From Antedon mediterranea (Eukaryota > Animalia > Echinodermata): DNA of 64,000 nucleotides. The position numbers were made by a program, and so were the translations under genes. The notes beneath the pieces were generated by a model. The model was given only the letters and a program-made list of their open reading frames with translations. It had not been told where the DNA came from and did not search any database. Positions within the stretch are counted from its first letter, which is position 1, and the number at the start of each line of letters is the position of its first letter. The stretch is taken from contig NC_092673.1 of the NCBI RefSeq assembly GCF_964355755.1, positions 2,480,001 to 2,544,000 of the forward strand, read 5' to 3'. This document shows positions 52,501 through 63,260 of the stretch, piece by piece.

Positions 52501-55500
52501 CGGGTTGAATTAAGATGATTTCGGACTAGCGGCAAAATATTGATCGCTATCCTCTTAAAGAATTGGATCGAATTCTTCACGGCTTTTTTACAGCTTTGTA
52601 TTTTCACAGCCAGTGAAAACACTTCTTGAAAAGAGGATGAGGAAATATTTTCTTGTGTTATATCCTTCTATTGAAAGCACTTTTATGGAATAAAAGACAA
52701 ATTTAGAATCTTAATCAATTTCAAAGATAATATTCTAAAAATGTTTTGGAAAAAATCATATAAGTAAGAATTAATTACAATTTCCTACGAATACAACTGA
52801 AATGTTTAGGTTTCATTGGCAGCATTTCCGTTCCACATCACAGCCATCTGTTTCAGAATAATGCTACAGCACTGCAGGCATATTTCAAAGCATGAAAATC
52901 AATTATCATTATTCTCGAGATGAAAGACTGGATAGTTACTATTCCTCTTTGAAGAGAATAATTTATTTGCCGCAGTTTACGAATAAATCATGGTTAATAT
53001 TTGCAACAGTATCCGAACTACAGTAATACTGTACAGTAGGCCTACATAACTGTACTGCAAATTTAGTAGTGTTGCTTTTCCAAATACATCAGACTGACCA
53101 CTGGTTATATTAATTATTATTGCCCACATTGTGCTGTAAATGACTATGGTGTACAGTACTGTATACAAGTTGGTTTAGCTCACTTCACTGACTGTCTCTA
53201 AGTAAGGCAACGCTACAGTTTAAAGATCGAGTTTAAAGAAACAACAGCCATTTTTTTCATACAGTCGGCTGTGGTGTATACTGTGTAAGCATTGAGTGTG
53301 AACAAGTGCTTCTACTGTAAATACAAAAACTGGTCCTCAAACTTACAATTCTGTTTACTTTCCAAATAAACCAAGCTTGTAAAAAATATTACAACAAACA
53401 GTTGTTATCAAATTCAACAGTAGTACAATATAATATTTAAAATTGTAAACAAAACTGGTCTGATCGTTATCAGGCACATTCAATTACGATAACACAAAAT
53501 GTAACAAAGTGATTGTTTACCTAGATAGTAAAGTCTACCTACTTTTGGTTATTATTTGACAATTAGGCCATTTTAGAAGGAAGAGCACACTAGACAAAAC
53601 TGTACCATTTATGGAGAGGGGTGTTCAATGAATTTTCTACTTTGCGAGTATATCTTGGTCTTCATTCAAGGCGAATATGGCATTTGTTGGTTTATCTAGG
53701 TATAAGCTAGGCACGAAATTAGACTAATCCAAACTCCCAACAAACTGACTAACATCAGGTCACAAATCTCTGACTGGACTACTGTACGTATTGTTCATTC
53801 ATTGTGTTTACATGCATGTAAGTGTAAATTTATTTTACATTGTAGTACCCAATATGGGCCATCATTACACACCCATAGAAATTACCATCAGTGTAATAAA
53901 TGGCGTTAATGAAATTAGCACTGTACTATTGTGGTTGGAGGATAAACAATCGTGAATAAAGATCTAAATATTATGACATCATTTAAATGTTTCATGGTTT
54001 CAATAAATCTTAATGGTTTATGTGTTGTATTGTTTTCTTTAACAGCAAAGCAGTTTCAATGACAAATCATCTGAATTGATGGCATTAAATCTTGCTATAA
54101 ACGACAGATTACTAATGGAATTTAACAACAAATTTTTCCCCTACTGTATCTGAGAAATGGGATTTGTGTTTTTCTAACTTTAAATTGTTTACTGTACTTA
54201 ACATTTTTAGATTAGTATTTTAATTTCTTAAATGTTATGTACAGTAGTATAAATCTTAATATCAAATTTATTAATAAAGCTGCAGTATAATTTCTTCAAC
54301 TGTGTATAATATTAATATTATAAAACTCATTATTATTAATTAATTTGATCACGATACAGTATGCATAACTCTAATAGTTACGCATTAATCAATCAAAGAG
54401 AGGGAGTCTACAGCACAGATCAATCTAATTATATAATTAATTAAAAGCATCAGAGAAATAAATCCATAATTTCACTGTGAAATATGATTTCACCTGACAG
54501 ACACTGGAAAAGTCATTTATTATTCTTAAATTTCTTGATTATGTGAATGAACGATTATGCAAGATATTGTGCCTTTAGGTCTTTGAGTAGATTTGCTTTT
54601 ATAGTAGGCCTAGGCTTGTTAATGTTATTGTTAACCATGATGCTTAATATTGAATAACTAGCCGATGGCTTTACCATATAACTATACTGTACAATGAATC
54701 TTGGTTAATTATTGGTCACATTGTATCTCATTTGTAAATTTTTAAAAATACAGTATTAAATGACTGAGTACCGTAAGCCTAAAATCAAACATATTTTGTA
54801 CTTTACCTACAGTATAAACTAAAAATTCAGTTAATAGGCTATTTTGACAGTTACAATACTTAGGATCACTGTTTTATTTTTACACACATTATTGTGTTTT
54901 AGGGCAGTAGACTACAGTACTGTATGCATTTATACTATAGCTAAGTATGTATTTGTTATACAATCTCAATACAATACAAGGTCCAAATAATTAATTCTTT
55001 ATTAATTATCAATAGTCTGAGTTAGCATATTACATTGGTACTACTATATACTGTAGTTTGATATCAGGCCATCACAAATGTACAGTAATGTACTGTAGCT
55101 AATCACTGCCCATATCAAAGCACTACTTTCACAATAATACTGTATTCCTTTTGTTTTATAAGAAAGAATAGTTCTATTAATGCTGTATGGGTGTCGCCTG
55201 AATAATAATGTTCCCTGAATAATAATGTTCCCTCAATAATGGTGTTGCCTGAATTATGGTGTTCCCTGAATAATAATGTTCCCTGAATAATGGTGTTGCC
55301 TGAATAATGGTGTTGCCTGAATAATGGTGTTGCCTGAATAAGGGTGTTCCCTTAAAAACAAAAGGAGGGGTTCTGTTGTATTATTTCATTATAATTAAAC
55401 TAAAAAAAGCACTACAGTATATAAACAGTACATTTAAAATTGTAATAAGGCTTTAAAACAGAACATTTTTAGTTCCATTTTAACTAATTGTGACACCAGG

Positions 55501-58500
55501 AACATGGTCATTTTATTATTTGACAAACAAAAACTTAAAATTGAATTCACTTTTAATTTTGGTTTTACCACGGACATACAGTATAAATTTAGAAGTCCAT
55601 GGTTTATCACCAATTATCTGTAGTTATCCAATACTAGTAGTCATTACCAGGGGTTGCATTAAGGTTTTAAGTAGGAGGAGAAAAAAAAAATTAACAGGAG
55701 AATTTTGAAGTCCTAAATAAATAACTTTGTGAGCGAAGCGAACAACCATTGGCTGGGGGCCAGGGGGCCGTCAAGGGCCCCCGGTCGGGGTCGAAGGCCC
55801 CTGGAAGCTCTGGCTTTCTAGAGCTATATAGGTCATTTAAACTAGTTTACAGACACATAAATATATGCTTAATTTGAAATAAATATATTTATTTTTATTG
55901 CATTTATGTATATTAAATATTTGAGGAAAAAAAACCCTGCATATTTGTGTTTTAAAAAAAATACTAATTACAAAAAAATAGCATAACAATAACAACATAT
56001 AAACGCACGAAACTTTTTTGGCCCGTTGTATTTAGCAATTATTTTACTCCCATTTGTTATGTACTTTATTAATTTAAAATGCGTGGTTCCTTATTTTATG
56101 ACGTTAGGAAGTTCAATAATAATATTATATATTATTAATAATAATAATATAGGGCCTAGGCTAGGTCTATTATTAGGGAATCGGAGAGGCACGCGTCCCA
56201 GAGCAGTATTTTGCTTTCCACGATTCAACTACGATACGTTACTATATGCGCGCGATTTCTTTGACGTGCTATTTTTCTTCACTAGGCCTAGTAAACAATT
56301 TTTGATTATCAATTACTCTGAGAATAAATATACTATGAAAAAATGACTTTGGTGTCTAATTATTAATCTAAAAGATCATAAAAGTTTGATTTCTAATGCA
56401 TCATATTAACTATATGATACAGTTAACGACACGAACCACACAAGCCCGTACGACAATTTTCAAGGCAAAACGGCTACATGCGGTCCAGGAGGGGACTTCC
56501 CCCACTATACCTTCAGCGTGGTTGAGCCTCTCACAAATTAAAATTTGTTTTCCTACGCCAAGATAATATAGTGCTAAAAATGTTTTATTTTCTTGAAATA
56601 TTAGGTAGTTTATAATTCGAGTTGTTTATAGATAAATCGTATATCATAAAAAATATCTAATTTTTACATGTTTAAAAGAATTTTTGTGAAATTCTGAGAG
56701 GCTCAACCACAGAAAATTAATATCATATGATGTCATTTTAAGCGAATCGCGTTGGTGTATGGTCGTCACGGTTGAAGGATTCTAAATATATATTTCAATC
56801 AATCAATTCAATCAATCAATTCAATCAATCAATCAATCAATTCAATCAACAATGCCACGGAAACGCATGCTACACACACACACAGTGCGAAAAGTTTAAA
56901 ATGAAAATTCCATAGATAGGTCAGGGAGTTTTAGGTCCCTTTCGTGTACAGATATTACATGGTAAAATAATTGATTAAATATTTAATTACAATCCTATTT
57001 TAATCATCGTGTCGTCACGAGAACGTAATAAATACAACAAACACGTACGTATTGTTCTTGATTAATAAAAGTACTCGCGCCGGAAGCTAGCCTAGGCCTA
57101 CTAGCCTAGGCCGTGTAGGCCTAAGTAGACAGAAAGTAGCCGGCGAAAATGTCAAAGTAGACGGTCGAATGCGCCGGTTGCCGGCTACTAACGAAACCCC
57201 TGATTACAGAAAGTAGTCTACTACTTACTACTACTGTATACCCAATATTCCACTTGGAAGTAAAGTTAGTGTTAAAAGTAATAAACAATTATTTTATGGT
57301 TTATTTATGTAAGGATATTGTGAGCTATTAAGTTACCCAAATATAAAAATATAACTTAAGTTTCAGTGACTTTTGAAGGTGAATGAACTAACAAGAACAA
57401 TTGACTTGTTTGTAGGCATGGCAAAGCTTGCTTCACAATGAATTCTATAAAATAGTTGAATGAAGGTAATAATAGTCTCATTTGTGCAGTTTTAATCTTT
57501 ATAAGAATACACAAAGTACTTAAATGATTCTACTATTTACTAAAGCCTGTGGTGATAACAGTTCTTTAATTTTTTTAAAACGTCGTGCAGATATTGTGAT
57601 AAAGTTTTACTTCTTTTGCTCACTTTTTCAACAACAATTTACAGTAATTAAAAATAATGTCAAAAAAAAAGATAATTCATAGTACTGTATTACAGTTTTA
57701 GTTTAGGTTGGTTTGGAGTTTACCTGTACATACCTTTTTTTTCGTACTATTTCTTTGTAAATTTTAAAATATAGATTTTCTCAAATGATAAAATTTGGTA
57801 TGAACATACTATAGAAACTATTGACTTGATAGAACACTGTGGATTCCTAATTCAAATTGCTTTCAATAAGTCACTAACCTCTTGTTATGTTATTTGCATT
57901 TATCCCAAGGGGACAGCCAACCATGACCCCTCCCCGCCCCTGGGATGTACCAATAGGAATATAACAACTGTCTCTATCTCTTTACTATAATCATGCAAGA
58001 TGTACTGTACTATAGTACACCTATGTACAGGTACAGTAGCAGCTCAGATACCCAGGCAGATACTGTACTCTCACTTTTTTTTTAAACGGTATGTAGTACA
58101 CTGTAGGGCTGCAGCTTGAAAATTATATGATAAAAGTTGAATTTTAAATTGGTAAATTTACATCCAATATTGAGGACCTCCTAAGGGTTGAAATACTTCC
58201 TTATTTTGTTCAAATTGACAGATGGCATCATGCAAATTGAGGTTAAAGGTTATCTCCCATGGGCATTTGTTATGCATGACTGCAGTTTAGAGGCATTTGG
58301 CTGACTTATGCTGAAAGATTTCCAGCTTTATTCCTTTCCTCATCTTGGTGCAATATGCTCCTAGCAGAGTCCAACGTGTCAAGTGGTATATGGATGGTGC
58401 AAAATAAACAACAATCTTCACAATCTGTCAAGGCCTAGCAGAGACTTCAACTTTGATTGTTGTTTTAATGAATGCACTTTTTTTAGTAATCTATTAAATA

Positions 58501-58940
58501 CTACACTGTAAAACTCAACATAAAAATAACGATGATCATTCAAATTCAAAATATACAGTACTTATTTTCATAAAAAAAAACATTTAAAGATTGAAGTATT
58601 TGAATTATTATTTAATAATATTGTGAATAATCTCTCATTAATTGCTTTGCTTTAATGCAAGTTTTTAAGGTAGATATGGCAACATGGGTTCGCCTGAACT
58701 TTGCAAAAAAATAATGATTAAATTAAACCAAACTTACAGTTTGGCTGTATTGGCTGGCATCCCTTCCGGAATGGTAGACAGCATTTGCGAAGAACACGAA
58801 ACGTCTTTATCACGGGAACGTTCGCTGTTCTTGGGCCGCTTACATGCACACACATTTGGACAAAGGGCGTTGACAGAGCCTGCAAATAATTCCAGAACTA
58901 TGATGGCGAGTGCAATCAGATGACTATGCGTTATTGCCAT
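16523..58940 (-). CDS. ADGRA3: Adhesion GPCR subfamily A (ADGRA2/ADGRA3, GPR124/GPR125-like), 18 coding exons, ~1374 aa
   Basis: Exons: 58940-58738 (signal peptide, LRRNT); LRRs 45684-45613, 33547-33476, 30477-30403, 29963-29892; LRRCT 27844-27681; Ig 27069-26698; HormR 26277-26093; GAIN 24273-24127, 23123-23029, 22297-22072, 21243-21039, 20695-20594; GPS 20353-20250; 7TM 19563-19430, 19227-18941, 18765-18699, 18065-16523. All GT-AG and phase-consistent (4125 nt). The LRR-Ig-HormR-GAIN-7TM architecture, PPRPIIRFYFIGWGIP motif and C-terminal PDZ ligand ETSV identify ADGRA. It is probably co-orthologous to vertebrate ADGRA1-3, so the symbol is nominal. Confidence 0.93.
19255..19369. repeat. Truncated MITE family 1 copy with expanded 21-bp internal repeat
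   Basis: TIR agctctgtctacactatcaaa followed by (aaatatggtagtgatatgctc)x4, only ~25 bp from an ADGRA acceptor. Confidence 0.85.
20890..21008 (+). mobile_element. 3' tail of an L2/CR1-clade LINE or its SINE partner
   Basis: Stem-loop aaagcgcctttgag...gaaaagggcgctatagaaat followed by (TAT)n. A similar tail tgtaaagcgcttag...ggcactatata lies at 20169-20206. Confidence 0.6.
21428..21946. mobile_element. Tc1/mariner (pogo/Tigger-like) MITE
   Basis: TA|cagtagaacct..ttttacgtac ... gtacgtaaaatggaggttctactg|TA. Confidence 0.88.
25111..25270. mobile_element. MITE family 1 copy
   Basis: TIR and core homology. Further partial or degenerate copies lie at ~6913-7060, 20372-20456, 23543-23662 and 29720-29843. 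Confidence 0.85.
25350..25481. mobile_element. MITE family 2 copy
   Basis: taa|agcttggttcccac ... gaaccaagct|taa; shares the core gcttgtgattggtcaa with 15815-15945. Confidence 0.8.
26480..26640. mobile_element. MITE family 1 copy
   Basis: Both TIRs and the core are intact. Confidence 0.88.
28485..28885. repeat. Minisatellite, ~35-bp unit (gggtgtggtttctatattaagatggtggcaagatt) with higher-order variants
   Basis: About 10 visible units; a longer variant unit (gataatgataacggtacatt) recurs twice. Confidence 0.9.
30128..30266. mobile_element. MITE family 1 copy nested in an older aggggacacc/ggtgtccc element
   Basis: Intact TIRs. Flanks 30060-30100 and 30298-30360 resemble the dispersed aaggggacac...ggtgtccccttaatag family also seen at ~1485, 18590, 24615, 39325 and 47055. 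Confidence 0.85.
31094..31255. mobile_element. MITE family 1 copy
   Basis: TIR and core homology. Confidence 0.82.
32160..32520. repeat. AT-rich minisatellite, ~41-bp unit (aagctacacaaatatttactaaaaaatcatgaatattcatt)
   Basis: Tandem units read directly, degenerate toward the left. Confidence 0.85.
33056..33464. mobile_element. P-element-like MITE (CAAAG ends, perfect 32-bp TIR, 7-bp TSD)
   Basis: TIR caaagaacttataacacaagaatctcctgttc; ATAATAC duplicated at 33049-33055 and 33465-33471; internal ~84-bp direct repeat (33162-33245, 33248-33330). Confidence 0.87.
35370..35532. mobile_element. MITE family 1 copy carrying two 5-bp insertions
   Basis: Core homology; tacagta and tactgta replace ta of the consensus. 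Confidence 0.85.
37180..37282. repeat. ~21-bp tandem repeat (ctgcaatttaactctgaaaca)
   Basis: About 5 degenerate units. Confidence 0.75.
40845..41180. repeat. Diverged tandem duplication, ~190-bp period
   Basis: aatattctcaatgcatttt...ctgtaaa...aaattggggttgtt occurs twice, at 40845 and 41033. Confidence 0.75.
43908..44502. mobile_element. Foldback-type MITE (tttctgctgc / aatataccgtat modules), PIF/Harbinger-like
   Basis: gtttctgctgccaa..aatataccgtat on the left is inverted against atacggtatattt..ttggcagcagaaacagggcc on the right; internal nested palindromes. The left end appears truncated. Confidence 0.7.
45400..45516. mobile_element. MITE family 1 copy (internally deleted)
   Basis: TIR and core homology. 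Confidence 0.8.
46567..46836. repeat. Tandem repeat, ~88-bp unit x3
   Basis: ttattttaaatcaaaacaaatattataactgtatagtattataataaaaataaatgattt... repeated three times. Confidence 0.92.
49418..49755. mobile_element. MITE family 1 copy with a nested TIR element
   Basis: Intact outer TIRs; the core is interrupted at 49473-49647. Confidence 0.88.
49473..49647. mobile_element. 175-bp CAG-ended TIR element with 5-bp TSD (hAT5-like)
   Basis: cagagaaaaatttc ... gaaattattccctg; ACATA duplicated at 49468-49472 and 49648-49652. Confidence 0.8.
51628..52012. repeat. 21-bp minisatellite (ggtggcagaaagctaagggca)n
   Basis: Roughly 17 units read directly. Confidence 0.92.
55188..55352. repeat. 17-bp minisatellite (gttgcctgaataatggt)n
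   Basis: About 9 units. Confidence 0.9.
55648..57202. mobile_element. 1.55-kb non-autonomous hAT-like element with 5-bp TSD
   Basis: caggggttgcatta ... taacgaaacccctg; ATTAC duplicated at 55643-55647 and 57203-57207; GC-rich subterminal motifs and an internal (TCAA)n. Confidence 0.82.
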
Positions 58941-59344
58941 GTTGTTGCACTGTCCACTTCCAACACAAATTAAAGTTGTCTTGATTTTAGATTTGCTCAC
59001 ATAGCTAGATTTTAAAATAGTCAGAGTATAAATCCAATCAAACTGCTCATCGTACTATCTATGAGTATACTGTAGTGTAGTGTCGACTCAGCACCAATTC
59101 ACGGCTGCAAAACAACATTTAATAATGAAAACATAGCAAATAATTAAATATCCCCTGATAAAATATTTTCCATGATAACCAATCTTCTGATTGCCTTCTT
59201 TTAATAAGGTCTTCCAAGTGTAATCTCTAGACAATACCCCATTTAAAATGTCATGACACCCTCAGGCCACTGACGTTATTTTGTGTAGCAAATTTATGCA
59301 TGAAATTGCTGTTGTTATGAGACAAGACTGCAGTATTACTTTAA

Positions 59345-59511
59345 AGCTCTGTCTACACTATCAAACTTTATGTGACGACAAAATGTGATGTGCCCATATA
59401 TGGACATGATGATGTCATATCAGTACCATATTTGGGCATATCACTACCATATTTGGGCACATCACAATTTTTTTGTCAAAAGTAGTTTGATAAAGATAGT
59501 ATAACAGAGCT
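59345..59511. mobile_element. MITE family 1 copy
   Basis: TIR and core homology. Confidence 0.87.
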
Positions 59512-60607
59512 TTATATATTTTCTAATTTTATATGATCTACAAATAACAGAATTTCACTAAGGACTTTTAAAAAAATGAGTAAATAATTAAAAGGGTAAA
59601 ATAAAACATTAAATATTATTATACTGTAACTAGAATTAGAATAATTTTCACAGATCGATTGAAGATACAGTAGCATTCCAATTGTATTTTTCTGTAACAC
59701 CATTTTCCTGATCTGGCTGGCAATTGAATAATAATGTCTTGATTCACATTCACTGTAAGGCATACAGTATATCAAAGTCAACCATAAATATTATTATTGT
59801 ATGGTACAGTACTGTTGGATTTATCACATACTGAATGTACAGTATTGTTCCTTTATTTTGAATCACTCATTCTTATATAATAATCTAACCTTTCTTAATT
59901 AAACAATAGAGAAGATAACCTTTACAGAAAAATACCCTAGGATTACTTAGATCCTTTACACCTATTCTTGGCCTCTTATGCTATTTTGCATCTAATTAAG
60001 GCATTCAATGCAATGCTTTTGTGAGCAAATTATCAGTGCAAAAGCAAATTTACAAACATACAAGATTGACACAGCAAGAGAACTAACTTACAAGATGCTA
60101 ATTGTCATAGACCTGGGTTCTCAACTCGCAAGCCAAATGAAAAAGAGCTACTGCAAAAAATGTGATAATGTCCATTTAAAGCCCATGTGATTCCAGAGCT
60201 TCATCACCTGGTTCCCGTAACCTGTGACACTATGCTCTATATGATCTGGCCCGCAAGACTATCATTATTTACAATTTGGCCCGTGCTAAAAAATTAACCC
60301 ACTGTAATCAATTGTATGGGTTTTAAATTAAATTCAGTAATGTACTAAGTGAGTAAATATGGAGTTTCTACATTTTAAAAAATGCATTCAAATCAATAGC
60401 AATAAAATTATTATAATAAATCATAACAAAAAATTAAATGAAGTAACATTTTTGTCATTTTAATAACATGGAAAAAAAATATATTTATTTGTATATTTAT
60501 ATGGTATTTAAATTATGTTAGGTTTGTCTGACTGGAGAAAGGACGTATATGTTTAGTACTATCCAGTACTACTGAGATGCTAAACTAGCCCTGTCTATTA
60601 ACTAGGA

Positions 60608-62580
60608 GGTTTCGATCCAAGTCGGCCCTAAACCGTCTCGGCCAAAGTCAAGTCGGCCCCAAGTCAAGTCGGCCTCAAGTCAACTCGGCCTCAAGTCAAC
60701 TCGGCCTCACGTCAACTCGGCCAAAATATAATCGGTCAACTCGGCCCCGTTAAAGTATGGAACGCAAAAAGTGCAAATGAAGGGGATTGATAAAATAATA
60801 TTTCTTCACAATTTTTTAACTATGAATAATTCTGACTTTTAATGAATATTATTATTTAGACAATAATATATTTAGCAAAAAAAATAGGAATGATTTCACC
60901 AACTTTCCTTTATTTACGTTTAATAAAATTTCGTAGCTGAGCCTCCCTGCGCGTTTGCCAGCTTTTTCGATATCTACAACTGCTACGTGTTTTCGCTGAC
61001 CGGGGGATTCCCCTTTTTAAAAAACGCAAATCATGCACAAAAACGATGTACGATCATTTTTTCTACGGCCAAATGGTGGAACGTAGGCCTCCGTCTTCGA
61101 TTTCCTAAAATACGGTACCTGCACGTGTTTTTTGTAACACGCGGGTACTTCTATTAGGGATACCGAGAGCTGACTCCATTTTCATTACCACGATTAAACA
61201 GCGCGCACGTTACTATGCGCGCAATGTCATTGACGCGGTGTTTTTTTACTTTGGTAAACACTTTTTATTAGGTAATTGTTCTGAAAATAAATTAATTATA
61301 AATATATCCTTTTGAGTATATATTTATTTACCTATTATTCTATAAGATCAAGTATTTTTTATTTCCATTTCATTCAACCAAAAATGTGAATATAGTGGTT
61401 AAAAGATCGTTATCGCCTAGCGCGTATAGCTTTTGTTTACTACGAAACCCTCGGAAGGCTCAATGACCTACCATTTCAACCTTATTTTTGTAGTTGAGCC
61501 TCTTATGACCTCAAAATGTTTTTTATTCCTACACCAAGATAATATAGTTCCACATACCATGTGCTTGTTACTAAGAAAAATATTAATTTTAACTGCTAAA
61601 AAAACAATTTTATCCCGATATGAGGCCTTTATGATTCGAATATTTCATAGTAACAACCCATATACCATAAAAAATATCCGTTTAGTCCATTTTTTAAATA
61701 ATTTTTGAAAAATTCCGAGGGGCTCAACTACAAAAACGCCATTTTATGGTATGATGTCATCGCAAGCCAATCAAACCTCCGCTCCGCAAGTCTCACGGTT
61801 GAACGATTTTGGATTCTCGCCCTTTGATTGGTTGACGCGATTCAACACACAGCGGAATAATTTTCTCGCGAGTGCCGTGAAGTCACATGGTGTCAGGCCT
61901 GTCCAATTACACAGGAAAATAATGCATTGAAATTCTTCGAACGAGGTTAAATAAACACTCTTTTTTATATAATAAATAAGTAATATCATATTTTATTGAA
62001 TTTTACAATGTTGATATATAAAATATGTTACTTAAAATCGTGATTTTATATAATTATTTTTACGAAAAATGACTAGTTCATACAATTGTCGACTGAGGGC
62101 GCAATTTGTTTATATCGTTCGTGGCTAAAAACGATCATTTTCGGCGATGTTTTAAACCCTATATTTCGAAAACTACAAGTCATATTTTCATAATTCTTTC
62201 TTTATTATATTATAATATTGATACAAAATACTAACAGGCAATGTATAATTTGTTTGAAAAATATTAACTTTTAATTTTACATCGTTATCCCTACTTCTAT
62301 TCATATCGGCAATGAGTTCATTTTTTTATATGATATTATATTTTTTATTTCTTCATTTTTTTTAAAACGTGGATAGTAAGAATCGTAATAATATTAAGCA
62401 CTTTTTGCGTTCCATAATTTATTGTGGCCGAGTTGACCGATTAGTTTTTGGCCGAGTTGACGTGAGGCCGAGTTTACTTGAGGCCGAGTTGACTTGAGGC
62501 CGAGTTGACTTGGGGCCGACATGACGTGGGGCCGACTTGACTTTGGCCGAGACGGTTTGGGGCCGACTTGACCTGCACCC
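60608..62580. mobile_element. 2-kb foldback/MULE-like element with ~170-bp modular TIRs
   Basis: TIRs are built from 16-bp units (aagtcaactcggcctc) plus tatggaacgcaaaaagtgc. AACTAGGA is duplicated at 60600-60607 and 62581-62588 (or a 9-bp YAACTAGGA with one mismatch). No transposase ORF. Confidence 0.88.
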
Positions 62581-62957
62581 AACTAGGACCATGTCTAGCC
62601 AGTAATTCGCCTAGGCCCTAGTTCTAGTAGTTATTGCCAATGTACGGTATTTATGATTAAAAAATATTATTTATTGTTGTTTAATGTTACACGTACAGTA
62701 TTTAATAATAGTAATACGCCAACTAGGCCTAGCTACTACAGGCTATGCCTACATATTATTCGCTAGATATAGGCCTATGAAATATCACGCATGGCATGAA
62801 AACTAGCTAGGCCTTAGGCTCTCCCAAACAACCAATTCTATCGAAGTCGTCGTACCGCTCGAGTCAAGGCTTGTGTACTAGCTACTATAGTAGTAGTAAA
62901 GGCCGAGGCCTAGCCTACACCACCAAAACATAACAACTCCAGACAAGTTTTACTCAC

Positions 62958-63260
62958 CACACATTCTAAACACTCTGTGTTCAGATAAATTAGTAAATTC
63001 ACCTTTAACTATACTGCATCATCCAAAACATCTCACAAAAAGTAAGTTTAAGGATAACCGTCAAAGTTTATTGGGCCTTTCCAATGTGATCAAAATGACA
63101 ACCTTTTCGAAGCGCTTTTTGTACACACAAAGATTTCAGATCATTCATCACGAAAACTGGAAGGTTGAACGACCTTTTAACGTATACGTCACATATCTGA
63201 AGCTTGCCATTGGCTAAAAAGCAGTCAGACTTAAAGTTTTTGTACCACAGAAAAATAAGT
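62958..63260 (-). promoter_or_regulatory. Probable non-coding exon 1 and promoter of the ADGRA gene
   Basis: Minus-strand donor G|GTGAGT at 62957 and a matching acceptor ttttgcag| at 59105 upstream of the ATG. TGACGT (63186-63191) and CCAAT (63209-63213) on the minus strand. TAGGCCTA cluster just inside the intron. Confidence 0.5.

Noticed and set aside
58941-59000. N-terminal extension MSKSKIK... of ADGRA
   Set aside because: It starts at GTG; the ATG at 58940 has good context (aacATGG) and directly precedes a signal peptide.
62394-62582. Ser/Arg/Pro-rich 62-aa ORF
   Set aside because: It is a translation of the modular TIR.
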